Shown: positions 24,490-37,780, counted from the stretch's first letter. The stretch: DNA of 64,000 nt from Chiloscyllium plagiosum (GCF_004010195.1 NC_057759.1:7303593-7367592), one strand, 5' to 3'. Numbers and translations: made by a program. The notes: generated by a model not told the origin, from the sequence alone.

Positions 24490-26100
24490 CTGATTATATA
24501 TAGAACACAATGTTGTACAGCAAAGGAACTGGCCTTTCAGCCAGTGATGTTGTGCCAAAAATGGCACCAAATTAAACTAATCTCTTCTGCCTGATCTTGG
24601 CCCATATCCTTCCATTCATTGCATATGCATATGCTTATTTAAAAGTCTGTAAATGCCACTATCGCATATGCTTCAACCATGACTCCTGGCAGCTCGCTAC
24701 AGACTGCTACGAATCCATTAAAAAAAACAAGAATGTCCCCTCAGATCTCGTTTGAACTGTCCCCCTCTCACGTGCGGTATATGCCCCCTAGTTTTAGATA
24801 TGTAAACCCTGGGGAAAAAAGATTCTGACCATCAAGCTTATCTGTGCATCTCATAATTTCGCAGTCTTCTATCAGGTCTCCTCTCAGCCTCCGTCATTAC
24901 CAAGAAAACAACACAAATTTGTCTGCACCCTCTTTAAAGCTCATATCCTCTTATCCACGCAAATTCTTGTATAACTTCTGCTGCATCCTCTTTAACGCCG
25001 CCATATCCTTCCCGTTATGTGGTGACCAGAATTGGATGCAATGCCCTAAGTGTAGACTAGCCAAGGTCTTATGAGCTGCAGCATGACATCCTGACTCCTG
25101 CGTACTTGATTTCCTGATCCATAAAGGAAAGCATGTCATATACCTTCTTTACCACCCTATCTACGTCCGTAGCCACATTGAGGGAGCTTTGGGATTGAAC
25201 CCCCAGATACTTCTCCATATCAATGCTGTTCAGGGTCCTGCCTTTAACTGTATAATTTTCCCTAACATTTGATCTCCCGAAGAGCAACATCTCACACTTT
25301 CCAAGATTGATCTCTGCCTGTCACTTCTGTGGCAATATCTGCAACTGATATATATCGTATTGCATTCTTTACCAATATGCTACACTATCAACGAATCCAC
25401 TTGTTTTTGTACCGTCTGCAAACTTACCAAACCACCCATCGACGTTTATATCCAAATCATTTATAGATAACATAAGCAGTGGTGGTTCTAGTTTGGATCG
25501 CTGTGGAACACCACTAAACACAGACCACTACCCAGAGAGAAAAAAAAACCCCTTCCACCACTAACTTCTATTTTCTCTGGGCAAGCCAATTCTGAATTCA
25601 CGCGAACAAGTCACAGCAGACCCAATGCATCACAATTTTCTGAATAAGCCTACCATGAAGGACCTTCTCCAAAGCCTTACTAAGATCCATGTTGACAACT
25701 TGCACTGTTCTACCCTTATCGATGACCTTCATCACTTTTCTGAAAAATTCAGTGCTGCTGGTAAGATTTGAAACGTCCTGCACAAAGCCAAGCAGACTAT
25801 CCCTCGTTAGGTCACATGCTTCCAAATGCACGTAAATCCTACTGATTAATATTCGTTCTAATAGCTTCCCAACTACTGATGTGAGACTCACCAGTTTATA
25901 TTTTCCAAGATTATCCCTATTTCATTCTCGAAAAGAGGAACAACATTAACTACTTTCCCGTCTTCCAGGACGACTCCAGTGGCTAAGGAAAGTACAACGA
26001 CATTGTCATGGTCCCAGAAATTTCCTCTCTTGCCTCTCTCAATGACCTAGGGTAGATACCATCGGGGTCTGTAACCCTATCCGGATTAAGGATTTTCAAG
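24490..26100 (-). mobile_element. CR1 LINE RT + 3' UTR
   Basis: SLTSVVGKLLERIL...DLSKALEKVLHGRL; HLGHCIQFWSP. Confidence 0.92.
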
Positions 26101-26182
26101 AGACATAATAATAATAATCATTTAACTCAAATAAAACAGCATAGACTGTAATATTGATGGCTATGGAATGTACAAAGTGACA

Positions 26183-26985
26183 TCAGAAAACATGAAGGAT
26201 CAGAGTGATGGGATATTTCAGTATATTGTTCTACTACTTTCGGAACTTACCCTGAATCATGACATCATACAGGTGTTTGCGCAGCATCTCAGGACCTACA
26301 GTATGAAGAGAAATTCCTGCATATAACCAAAGATCCACACATATTAAAACCTTAACTTATCCGTCCATGTCACACAGAATAAATAATTAGTGTTGACAGT
26401 AACAGAATGAAATTCATGAAACTATCCAGCAGTAAAAGGATGGATGTCCATCCAGTCTCCATCTTGGCATCTTTGTGAATTTCCTTCTTGCTGGAAACCC
26501 AGAGTTGTTTGCAGGATTTGTTTTGCTGAAAATGTGTCTGACTGTGAAGATGTTGTGGACTAAATCAACAGACAAAGAAAACCTGGTTATTATGTTGTGG
26601 AGGACATCAGCCGTTCGTTTGAACGTTACCCAGTGCAGCATAAAATCAAGCCAAATTCAAGTGCTGATTGTCACTCAGTTATGCAAATACCAGTAAAATG
26701 TTCTTTAAACTGCTCACTTCGAATCGTGAGGAAGTGAGATATACACAGTAAGGGTACATCCAGCTGGAGGATATTGTATTAATTCAAATGATGACTTCTT
26801 TAGTTGAGTTATGCATTGACACAGTACAACCATATTAACAAATGACAACCGCATTATAGGAGGAAAATTGTCTTTCATGATGCCATATGGGTTTCTTCAG
26901 GCAGAAAGTGTGATAACGAGACAAACAGTCAGTCTGAAGAAGGAGGTATTATTCCCAGAATCAGCAAAATCGAATGTGGCAAACG
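26183..26985 (-). pseudogene. GPR139-like class A GPCR pseudogene (copy 2, more decayed)
   Basis: Minus strand across frameshifts: ATFD/LLILGI, SLKNIL, NIFTVRHIF, IHKDAKMETGWTSILLLL...NFILL, VLRCCANTC, IQGKFRK**NNILKYPITLILHVF*. The motif order is collinear with copy 1. Confidence 0.75.
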
Positions 26986-27049
26986 CTGGCGATTGAGAGA
27001 GCAGACATTTGAAGAGAAGAACATAAAGTTGATTTGATTTATTTTTGCG

Positions 27050-28097
27050 AGCACTGCAGGTTGATCATAATAAACAGGATACTTATTACTAAACGTAGTG
27101 ATCTCGGACTCAGCCTAAATCTCTGCAACTGCATCTCCAGTTTCCTAACACACAGGCCATAATCAGTGAAGACTGGGGACCACATTTCATCCTCACTAAC
27201 ACTCAACACTGGAGACACCCCCACCCACCCCCCACCCCCACGAGTGCTTACTCAACTGTACTCATTGCATACCCATGACTGCGTGTCAAATACCAGACTA
27301 ATCGCACTTCCAAGTTCGCTGCTGATACCACCACAGTCTTTCGAATCTCACATGGCAATGAAACAGACCACAAACGGGAGGTGGAAGACCTGGAAAAATG
27401 GTGCACGAGAAACAACCTAGCTGTCAACGCCGGCTTTCAAGAAACCCATTATTGACTTTCGGTGGGATTTTATATATGTCCCGCTACCCATTAACAGCGC
27501 AGAGTTGGAACGAGTGGAGAGTGTCAAGCTCTTGGGAGTGGTCATCCATAACAAGCTTTCTTGGACTCTTCATGTTGACGCACTGGTTACAAAGACCCAA
27601 CAACATCTCTTTTTCCTCAGCCAGCTGAGGAAATTTGGCATGATGATGAGTAACTTTGCCAACCTTCATAGTTTCGCCATCGAGTGCATTCTGTCTTGAT
27701 ATATCACTACCTGGTATGGCAACCATACCATTGAAGATCAGAGACGTTTCAGAGAGTGGTGAACTCGGTCAGACAATCACAAAGGTCAACCTCCCATCTA
27801 TAGAATCCATCTACCAGGCGTGCTGTCAAGGAAAGGCTGCCAGCATTCTCAAAGATCCATCCCACACTAACAATGTTTTCCTACAACCTCTATCATCGGG
27901 GAGAAGGTACAGAGGCTGAACACATGCACCAGCCGTGGTTTTGTTTTTGCCACTGTTTACCTATTATTTACTTATTTATGCTACATAACTCTGTGATGTG
28001 CTTGTATTGCTCGCAAGACAAAGCTGTTCACTGTGCCTGTGTGCACATAACAATAAATTCAATTTAATTCAATTCATTTCAATTCGATTTAATTCAA
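27050..28097 (+). mobile_element. Rex1/Babar LINE 3' portion with (TTCAA)n tail
   Basis: SSSLTLNTG...LYSLHTHDCV; ERVESVKLLGVVIHNKLSWTLHVDALVTKTQQHLFFLSQLRKFG; ASILKDPSH...LSSGRRYR. Confidence 0.9.
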
Positions 28098-28169
28098 AAC
28101 ATATCGTCGGGTGTTTCAGCAGAGTCAGGCATACAAGAGGTGTGCAAAGCAAGATCAAATCCTCAAGAT

Positions 28170-29050
28170 CAATTTTATTTGATGCTAGACAGTCCATTAG
28201 GCAGTCTCATAATGAAAGGATAGAAGATTTTTTTGAACCTATTGCTGCTTGTGGTCAAGGTTCTGTGTTTTCTGCATGACGGAATAGAATGGAAGAGAGC
28301 ATTACAGGAGTGGGAGTGGTCTTTAATTATCTTGGCAGCCTTTACATGGCAATGATAAGGGCAAATGGATTCCATGGATAGGAGGTTGATTTCCATGATG
28401 ATATGGGCTGTGCTGTCAACTTCATGTAGTAGCTTCCCATCCTGGACAGAACAGTTGTCATAACATCCCGTTTTGCACTCGGACAGAATGCATTCTACTG
28501 TGCATGTATAAAAGCTGGAGAGGATGTTTACGGAGATGATGAATTTACTAAAATACATCAGGAAAAACATGCGTGTTTGTTTCCTAATTCAACATCACCT
28601 TTACCTGAGATGTCCGGGATAGATTGTTGGTCATAGTCACTCTAAGGAACCTTCTTCTCTTGACACTCTCAACCTCTGTTCCACTGATGTAGATGTGATC
28701 TGTTATTCTGTTTTGCCAACATTGAAAAAAGATATTGCTGTCATTGCACCACGACAGCCAACACGTTATCTCCTTCCTGTATTCTGACTCAATGTTATTT
28801 GATATCTGGCTTATCACCAGCAAACTTCAGCAAACATTCAGATGGCATTCGCTCAGAATTTAGCTACACTTGTGGGGTGTACAGCGATTACAACAGGATG
28901 AACGCGATCACGTCCTTTGTGGACACCAGTGTTGAGGGTATCGTGGAGGAGGTGAAGTGGTCTGATTTACTAATTCTGGTCTGTGAGTCGGAAAGCTAAG
29001 CATCCATTTGCAGAGGGCGGAGACAAGAGCGAGGTCTTGGTGTTTAATGA
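28170..29050 (-). mobile_element. Rex1/Babar LINE 3' portion (older)
   Basis: SFYTCTVECILS...AAKIIKDHSHS; EVESVKRRRFLRVTMTNNLS. Confidence 0.85.
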
Positions 29051-29235
29051 TTAGATTCGATTACTTTAGATTAGATTACTTACAGGGTGGGGACAGGCTC
29101 TTCGGCCCAACAGGTCCACACCGACCTTCTGAAGAGCAATACACCCAGACCCATTCCTCTACATTTACCCGTTCATCTAACACTACGGGCAATTTAGCAT
29201 AGCCAATTCATCTAACCTGCACATTTTTGAACTGG
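29050..29235 (-). mobile_element. HE1-type SINE 3' half
   Basis: tagattagattacttacag...ttcggcccaac...ctaacactacgggcaatttagcat. Confidence 0.8.
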
Positions 29236-29557
29236 ATTCGTCTGGATTTTTAATATGTAGAGGAAGATGAATGCCTTTGGACTCATTGCCTCCAAACAAG
29301 GATTCAATAAAATCATATCTAATCTTAACAACCTGTTCTTTATTTTCTTTCCTTTTCTCAATATCCATTGATTCCACAACATTAGCCTTGAATATACTTA
29401 ATGGCAGTGCCTCGGATAAAGGACCAGAGGGTCCTGAAGAGTAATTTACTTGTTCATCCTCTCACAAGTCAAACATAATGTCAACTGATTGCCAGTCACT
29501 GGAGGTGATGGTTTCCTGCTCGGTTTCTGGATGCCTTTAATGTGTTTGTGAGTGAAA

Positions 29558-29775
29558 AGTGTTGCGCTGGAAGAGCACAGCAGATTAGGCAGCGTCGGAA
29601 GAGCAGAATAATCGACGTTTCGTTCAAGAGACAGTCATCAGGAATTCTGATGAAGGGGTCTTACCCGAAAAGTCGATTCTACCGCTCTTCGGATGTTGCC
29701 TGACCAGTTGTGCCTTTCCAGCAATACACTCTCAACTCTGATCTCCAGCATCTGCAGTCATCACTTTCTCCTACG
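29558..29775. repeat. Penelope-derived inverted repeat (~85-bp arms) centred on GAATTC at 29642-29647
   Basis: The left arm gctggaagagcacagcag...aatcgacgtttcg...tcatcag is the imperfect reverse complement of the right arm ctgatgaagggg...cccgaaaagtcgattct...tgtgcctttccagc. Confidence 0.85.
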
Positions 29776-30419
29776 TTTGTGAGTGATCTGTTTCTAAGGG
29801 TCTTACAGGTCTTTTCTCCATTCTCTCTGCTGTAGCATCCATTCTCAGTAGCCTATTTGTCCTCCATTGCATATTTTTCGACTGAGAATAAACTATTCTC
29901 CTCGTCCTCATCTTTCCCCAGATTGTAGCGTGACAAGCTACAATTACATTGGCTATCTCAGAATATAAATACTGGAGAGACTTGCCCACTCAAAACATCC
30001 TCTACATGGTATGCTTCAGTTATCTGCATTGTCCCTTAAGTTTACTAGTGAAATGTCAATACTTGTATTGGCAAATCCTCTTCATTGAGCTTCCTGACGC
30101 TAATGTACAGTCCACTAATCCAAGTTTTGTGCCGAAACCAGAACAACACGTCAGTAACCATTCAAAACCTAATGTCCTTGCTTCAATCTTTCAGAGAACA
30201 GTGAGCCTCGCTGCTGATTTGCGTGGAAATGTAACTCGTCTCCACTATACCCCGCACCATATTCGATAAGATTCCTAGTGCTGCTGCATTAAAACGTTGT
30301 CCTTTCAAATTAGAAAACAAAGGTCAGGCAATTTATCATTTCTTCTGACGACAGAAGCAGTTCACGTCCTACACTTCCTCCAGCGAATACATCGCCTCCT
30401 GACACAGTACTGTTCACCA

Positions 30420-30915
30420 TCGATAGGTCATAAGTCAGGAGTGTGAATCAATTCTCCCACTTGCCATATTGCTGCAACAATACACAAGACTTTCGAGACG
30501 ATCCTGGACAAAGCAAACCCTACTTGATTAGCTTCACATCCACAAACATTCACTCAACCAACGCCAAGTTATAATGGGAGCAGTGAGTTCTTTCTACAAG
30601 AGACGTTGCAGAAACTCACCAAGGCAATATAACCACGGCATCTACCATACTCATAAACATTCCAGCTGAGGACAAGGGCAGCAAATTCTTGGAAAATTAC
30701 TATTTCGAAGTACCATCCTAAAGCATTTAGCGTCTAGACTTGGAAATATGTATCCTTTCCTTCAGTGGTCCAGAGTGGTAATCCTGGAACTCCCTCAAAC
30801 TGCATTGTCGTTTGACCGACATCACATGGACTGCAGACATTCACAAAGATAACACACCACCATCTTTGCAATGGGAACTAGGAACGGGCAATACATTCTG
30901 ACCTGGATGGCGCCG
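30420..30915 (+). mobile_element. L2/CR1-clade LINE 3' region
   Basis: aagtcaggagtgtga...gacttggaaatat...atcctggaactccctc...ggaactaggaacgggcaata. Confidence 0.7.
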
Positions 30916-30929
30916 CGAATGTAAACGTG

Positions 30930-31485
30930 CCAGATAGTCAGATAGCTGAAAACAGCTTGCCATTTCCAGCAAGGAAACTGCTCACCTTCCCCTCAAAGTT
31001 TCCATTTATGAACCGTCTTCTGTCCGCAAATGTTGTCCCTCAGATCCATTTTAAATCTTCTTCCTTTCACATTAAAACTACGTTCAGCTGGATACACGTA
31101 CCATAGATAAAGGGTCTGGGCTATTCATATCATCCATGCCCCTCATTATTTTAAAAACCCCTTTAAGGTCATTCCTCCGCCTTTGAAACTAGAGGACAAA
31201 AATGTCCCAACCTAACTACCCACACTTTATAACTCAAATCTTTGATTTCAGCGGCGTCCTGGGGAATCATTTTTGAACTCTTTCCAGCTTAATAATAGCT
31301 GTCTTATATGACTGGGTGACAACTGAACTACACACAATATTCCAGTAGAGACCACAACAAAATGCTGTAAATTCTCAACATGACGTTCGAACTCCTTGGC
31401 TCAAAGGTCTAAGCACTGAAGCCAAGTGTTCTAATTTCTTCTTCACCACTTTGTGTATCTGAGTTGCAAACTTCAAAGACGTTTG
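30930..31485 (-). mobile_element. Old CR1 fragment
   Basis: atccatgcccctcattattttaaaaacc; cacaatattccag (reverse LEYCV). Confidence 0.7.
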
Positions 31486-31494
31486 GATGCACTG

Positions 31495-32545
31495 TTGACT
31501 TGGTAGAAAGCAGAGGGTAATAGTGGAAGGACGTTTGTTGGATTGGATGTCTGTGAGGAGTGGAGTGCCTCAGACGTCGGCGCTGTGGCCATTGCTGTTA
31601 TTTATATCAATGATTTGAATAAGAATGTACAAGACATGATCAGTAAGTTTGCAGATGGCACTGAAATAGGTGGCGTGTTGACACTGTGGAAGTTTTTTCT
31701 GAAAGTACAGCCGGACCTTGATCAGTTTGGGAAGTGGGCCGAGTATTGGCAAATGGAGCTTAATATAGTAATGTGTGAGGTCTGGCATTTTGGAGATTCG
31801 AATCAAGGTTGGAATTTCGTGGTGAATGATTAGGCCTTAAGGAGTGCAGTGGAGGGAAGGGACCTCCGAGTTTAGGTGCATTGTTCCAGGCAAGTGGAGT
31901 CATAGGTAGACAGGGCAGTGAAGAAGGCCTTTGGCATACTTGCTTTCATCAGTCAAGGCACTGGGTATTGCATTTTGTAAGTTATGTTGCAGTTGTACAG
32001 GATGCTGGTGATGCCACGCTTAGACTATTGTGTTCAGTTATGGTCACCTTTCTCCAGGAAGGATGTTACCACGCTGGAAAGAATGCAGAAGAAATTTAAA
32101 AGGATGCTGCCCGGACTCAACGACCTGAGTAAAACGGAGGTTGGACAACAGCGGTCGTTTATTTTTCATTAGACCGTAGGAGACTCGGGGGGATCTTATT
32201 CAACTGTATAAGACCATCATAGGCATGGATAGAGTGAATGCACTCAGTCCTTGTTCCAGGGCTTTGGAATCGAAGACAAAGCGCATCGGTTTCGGTGAGA
32301 TAGGAAAGAACAAAAAGGAACTTGAAGAGCAATTTTTTTACACTGTGGAGGTATGCATATAGAATGAGCTGCCAGCGAAAGTTGGTGAGGCGGGTACATT
32401 AACAAACTTCAAAAAGCATTTTGACTAATGCATGGATAGGAAAGGTTTAGAAGGTTGTGGCAAGTGCAAGGAAATGTGGAGAACATAGATGGACATTTTG
32501 ATCAGCCTCCACCAGTTTGGGTTAAAGTGCCTGTCTCCATCTTGT
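31495..32545 (+). mobile_element. CR1 LINE RT/3' region
   Basis: IYINDLNKNVQDMISKFADGTEIGG; MLQLYRMLVMPRLDYCVQLWSP. Confidence 0.92.
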
Positions 32546-34400
32546 CAGACTCTATAATTATGTAATTGGACTCCAATGTCTATCTGTTCTACAAGATTTT
32601 CCAAGTCCCTACTTTTAATTATATAACTGAGGTCATTATTTGATTTACCAAAATGAAATACCTTCCATTTATCCAAATTGCACTCCATCTGCCATTTCTC
32701 ATCCCTTTCACCGAAGTGATTACGATTTTTTTGTAATCTTAGATAATATTCAGTCACATGAGTTTCAGGGTGAATTGGAATCATGTTTGGCTTAATGGTA
32801 GAAAGCAGAGTGCGGTGGTAGAAGGCAGCTTTCCAGACTTTAGCCTGTCATCTGTGGTGTTCCACAGAAATTCGTTTTGAATTCTCTTTTGTTTGTCATT
32901 TATGTAAATGGTTTGTCTGACAATATATAAATCATGGTTAATAAGTTCCCGAACGATTCTAAAAGTAATGGCATAGTGGGCAGTAAAGAAGGTGTTCAGA
33001 GATTACAAAGGGATTTTGATAAAATGGGTTGTGGGGCTGAAAAATGTTCAATGTGGACAAATAAAAGGCTCTTGCACATTGGTACATCAAACAGGGGCAG
33101 GAATTGCCCAATTAATGGTAGGTTCTTGCATCGTGTTTTAGAACCGAATGACTTGGAAGTCACATATACAAAGGGTCGTTAAAATAACCTTTATCATACT
33201 TGCTTTCATTACTCAATCCTTTGAATATAGTAGTGAGAAAACATGTTCATGTTGTACAGGACATGGGTCAGCCCTCCTCTGGTATGAAGCTTATTAGTAA
33301 CTTACAGAACGTTCATAAAAATATTTACCATGATATTGTTGGGAATAGAGGGTTAGATAGGCTGGGGCTCTTTTCCAACAGGAGCGTAGGAGCTTGATCA
33401 GGCTCCAAATATATTCTAATAAAATCATGAGGCCACAAGAACTGATGAAAAAATCTTTACTTTTCGGATAATAGAGGTCTTTTAAGATTTGGTGCATAAT
33501 TTTAAGGTGAAAGGATTTTAAAAAGACCTGGGTACATTTTTTTTTAACCAGTGGGTGTTACTTGTTTTTTTTTAGATTAGATTACATTACATTACAGTGT
33601 GGAAACAGGCCCTTCGGTCCAACAAGTCCACACCAACCCGCCGAAGCGCAACCCACCCATACCCCTACATTTACCCCTATACCTAACACTACGGGCAATT
33701 TAGCATGGCCAATTCACCTGACCTGCACATCTTTGGACTGTGGGAGGAAACCGGAGCACCTGGAGGAAACCCACGCAGACACGGGGAGAACATGCAAACT
33801 CCACACAGTCAGTCGCCTGAGGCGGGAATTGAAACCGGGTCTCTGGCGCTGTGAGGCAACAGTGCTCACCACTGTGCCACCGTGCCGCCCATTGTGTAGA
33901 ATGAACTTCGTGAAGAAGGGGTGGATGTAGACAAAGTTACAATGTTTCAAGACGTTTGGATAAGTACAGGAGTAAGAAATGTTTGAGGGAATATGGGCCA
34001 GGAAGAGACAAGTATGTTTAGTTTAATTAGGGATTACGTTTGGCATGTACTGGTTGGACTGAAGTGTCTGTTTCTGTGCTGTATGATTCTATGACTCTAT
34101 AAATTTCTTCACTGTCCACTATCCGAAAATCTTTGGTGTCATTTACTAGCTCAACGATCAGGCATTCTATATGCTCATCTAAATATCTCTATTTATGACA
34201 AACAAAAGTGGCCCCAACACCGATCCCTCTGGAATCCCACAAGTCCCAAATCCAAAACCAAATCTTCCACTACTTCTCTCCATTTCCTGCCATTAAGCCA
34301 ATCTTGCATGTAATGAGCAATCTCAACCTGAATCCCATGTGATCCACATGGTCTGCCATGTGGAACCTTGTCAAAGGCTTTGCTAAAGTCCAAGTAAATA
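32545..34400. mobile_element. CR1 fragments: - at 32545-32750, + at 32760-34100 (interrupted by HE1), - at 34100-34400
   Basis: KWQMECNLDKWKVFHFG; VNKFPNDSK; IYLDFSKAFDKVPHGR. Confidence 0.8.
33565..33890 (-). mobile_element. HE1 SINE, full-length, young
   Basis: Nearly identical to 11473-11831; possible TTGT target-site duplication. Confidence 0.93.
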
Positions 34401-34403
34401 ACC

Positions 34404-34903
34404 TGCAATGAACCCAAGATACCCAAGGAAACCATCCGCCAATTTCTCAGCAACAAACCCAACAAACAGACAAAACGCGTCCAGAAACCCTAGCCACTCT
34501 GCCCTACATGAAAGACATTTCGGAAATTATTGCTAGACCACTCAGATCTCTTGGCATCATCGTAGCTCACAAATCTACCAACACACTAAGGCAGCAGCTA
34601 ATGAACCTGAAAGACCCCAAACAGATAACAAGCAAAACTAATGTCATTCGTAAAATACTTTTCAAGAACTGTAACAAACACTACATTGGACAAACTGGCT
34701 GAAAACTAGACACCAGGATACATGAATATCAACTAGCTGCAAAAATGCATGACCCACTCTAACCAGTATCTTTATATAAAGATGAGGAAGGACAACACTT
34801 CGACTGGGAAAACACGTACATCCTAGGACATACCAAATAGAGACATGCGCGAGAATTCCTAGAAGCATGGCAGTCCAACCGTAACTCTATCAACAAACAC
34901 ATT
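34404..34903 (+). mobile_element. Penelope-like element GIY-YIG endonuclease fragment
   Basis: TLPYMKDISEIIARPLRSLGIIVAHK...NVIRKILFKNCNKHYIGQTG*KLDTRIHE...AREFLEAW. Confidence 0.9.
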
Positions 34904-35609
34904 TGTAGAATAGTTTTGGATAGTCCTGAAACTTACCTGCCAAGAACATCTCAAATCCCGGCTTTGTCTTCCTGATTTCGTCTGAAGATTACCCCAACAC
35001 ACGTGACAGTTGAAGATATTCTTTTGAATCCCTGTTGCCCATTCCTAGAGTATGATTGTTTTCTTGATCGCCTGGAACCTCAATATCTTCATTCAGCCAT
35101 TGCTTCCTAAGCCTGACCTTTCATTCCAAACGAATGCAATGATTCTGAATTCTCGTTATCACATTTTGGAAAGTGTTAATGATCTGGTGCATGGATGCGA
35201 ACAATGTGGACAACCTCTTCCATCATTTCAGTGATGACCTCGTGCAGATTAATAGTACAGCAGTTCCTTCCTTCACGTAAATCAACAGACAAAGTGAGTT
35301 ACTTTGTGACAGATGGTAGTAATTAGAGGGCTATCATGATACTAGACTTTACTTACAGGGTATTTGTCAAATTCAAATATCACCATCTCACCACGTCACT
35401 ATGAATTATCGAACACTCATGCGTTCTATTTTTTTTTTCTATTGCTAACTTCATTTTTGAACTCCAGTTTGAATCGAAAAACGAGGAGACGGGGCGGAGA
35501 GAAGATAGGGCTGCCGGGTAGGTCAGATTTTCCCACTTAAAAAGGGACTTACCTCGAGAGTCGGTCCTCCATTTTGAACAGGAGAGAGAGCGGAGGGAAG
35601 CGAGGACAC

Positions 35610-36603
35610 CTGAGTGGTTGCAGATGGAAAGTAGTCTGCCTGCAGGTCATTTGTGAGTGGTGTCTCACAGGGCTCCCTTCTTCGTCTCTGCTCTTTGTAG
35701 TTTTTATAAATGAATTGGATGCGGAGGTTGAGGAGTGGGTTAGTAAATCTGCCTATGACACAAAGGTTGGAGGTGCCATTGATAGTATCGAGAGCTATTG
35801 CAGGCTGCAGCGTGACATAGACAGGATACAGAGCAGGGCTGAGAATGGCAGATGGTGTTCAACCTGGATAAATGCGAAGTGATGCATTTTGGAAGATCGA
35901 ACTTGAATGCTGAATGTAGGATTAAAGACAAGATTTGTGGAGGAATAGAGGGATATTGGTGTTCAAGTGCATAGATCCCTCAAACTTTCCAACGAACTGG
36001 ATATGGTTGTAAAGAAAGCATATATTGTTTTGGCTTCCATAAATAGGAGGATCAAGTTTAAGTTTTTGCTGCAGCTCTACAAGACCCTGGGGAGACCACA
36101 CTTGGAATAATGCATTCAGTTCCGGTCGCCCTATTATAGGAAACATCCAGAGGCTTTGAAGAGGGTGCTAGGAGGTTTTACCAGAATTCTGCGTGGACTG
36201 GAGCGCGTGTCTTACAAAGAATGGCTGACTGATCTTGGACTCTTCTCTCTGGAGAGAAGGAGGAAGAGAGGTGACCTGGTCGAGGTATACAAGGTAATGA
36301 GAGGCATGGACAGAGTCAAGAGCCAGACACTTTTCCCCAGGGCACCAAGGCTCATAGTTCTAAGATATCAGGAGGAAGGTATAGAGGAGACATCAGAGGT
36401 AGTTTCTTCACGCAGAGAGAGTGGTGGTGGAAGCAGGGTCATTAGGGAAACTTAAGCAACTGCTGGACATGCACATGGACAGCAGTGAATTGAGGGGTGC
36501 GAACTTTAGGTTATTTTATTTTAGATGAGGAATATTCCTCAGCACAACATCGTGGGCCGAAGGGCCTGTTCTGTGCTGTGCTTTACTATGTTCTGTGTTC
36601 TAT
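35610..36603 (+). mobile_element. CR1/HER1 LINE, 5'-truncated
   Basis: FVVFINELDAEVEEWVSKSAYDTKVGG; LFSLERRRKRGDLVEVYKVMRG; tatgttctgtgttctat tail. Confidence 0.93.
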
Positions 36604-37429
36604 CAACGGGCCATGCATCTGTGGAATTCACTGAATCGGAGTGCGTGATTGCTGGAGCACTGACTGACGTTAAAGAGGAGATCAAAAGGATTTAATTGAT
36701 AATTGTTTGTAAAGAACAGACAGGAAATTGCTTTTGAGGCCGGGATGATGTCAACTATGATCGCGTTTCATGGAGGACACGGTATGAATGACAACTTCCT
36801 GGTGGTCTTAAGTCCTAATTGCTATTGCGAGATGCGAGTCAGTTTCTCTTGAACAAAGGCTTGGTTTCTGGATAGTTCGACTCGTGCCATTGCCACTTTA
36901 CCATTGCACCCATGAATTGGGACAATTCTTGATCGAAACGAATAATAATTTAAAATAAAGTCTATCGGGACAATGTCTTAGGCAAAAAGCACAGGAATGT
37001 TGCAAATCAGCAGTGGATTGGAATTAGGGTTTCCTAAAGATGCAGAGATAATAAAAAGCGCATCCAACTGGAGCTGATTTTACAGTGGGAAAGAACGTAA
37101 ACGTGTAATAACAGCACTAGTGGGAGGGTAGAATTTGTCAAGAGCTTTGCCCATATATCTTTGTAACTGCAGTGTGAGCAGCTGAGAATCTGAAGAGACG
37201 ATTTTGAACTTAGAAATGGACACATGCCGTTTTACACAGTTCTTGAACAAAGAAAACCCGTGACAGTTTGGGGCAGATGAAGGAGAGGATATGAAATAAG
37301 TGCCAAAAGAATCATTGCTAAGATGGCATGACAGACGTGCGAAGAGAGAATCCTTCAGTGAGGCCTGCATTGAGAGCATTATGAACAATTCGGTGTAGGT
37401 ACCGGTAGTCTCATAGAAATCTTCAAAAT

Positions 37430-37780
37430 TCGAATATGTTTGCACCTGGAAACTATGGGAATTATGTTCCAGAGAACTGGCAAATTCAGAATCTGGTGGT
37501 CATAGTCTAAGGATACGGACTAGCCATATGATGAGTAGAAATATCTTTAACCAGACAGTAGTTAACCCTTGGAACACACTGCCAAAAACAGAATTTGAGG
37601 ATAAAATGTGGAATGTTCCCAGGAAGAAGATCGATGAAGTTATTCCGGCTAAAGCAATCAAAGATCATGGCGAGAAAGCAGAACCTGGAACGAAGATTAG
37701 CCAAGATCATACTGAATTGTGGAGCAAGTTGGAGGGTGGAATGGTTTCTCTTTCTTTTTCTCTATTTCAATGTTCTATTC
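37430..37780 (+). mobile_element. Old CR1 3' fragment
   Basis: RNIFNQTVVNPWNTLP followed by a 3' UTR-like sequence. Confidence 0.65.

Noticed and set aside
37080..37445. 121-aa minus-strand ORF
   Set aside because: No recognisable motif or splice context, and it partly overlaps CR1; likely a chance ORF.
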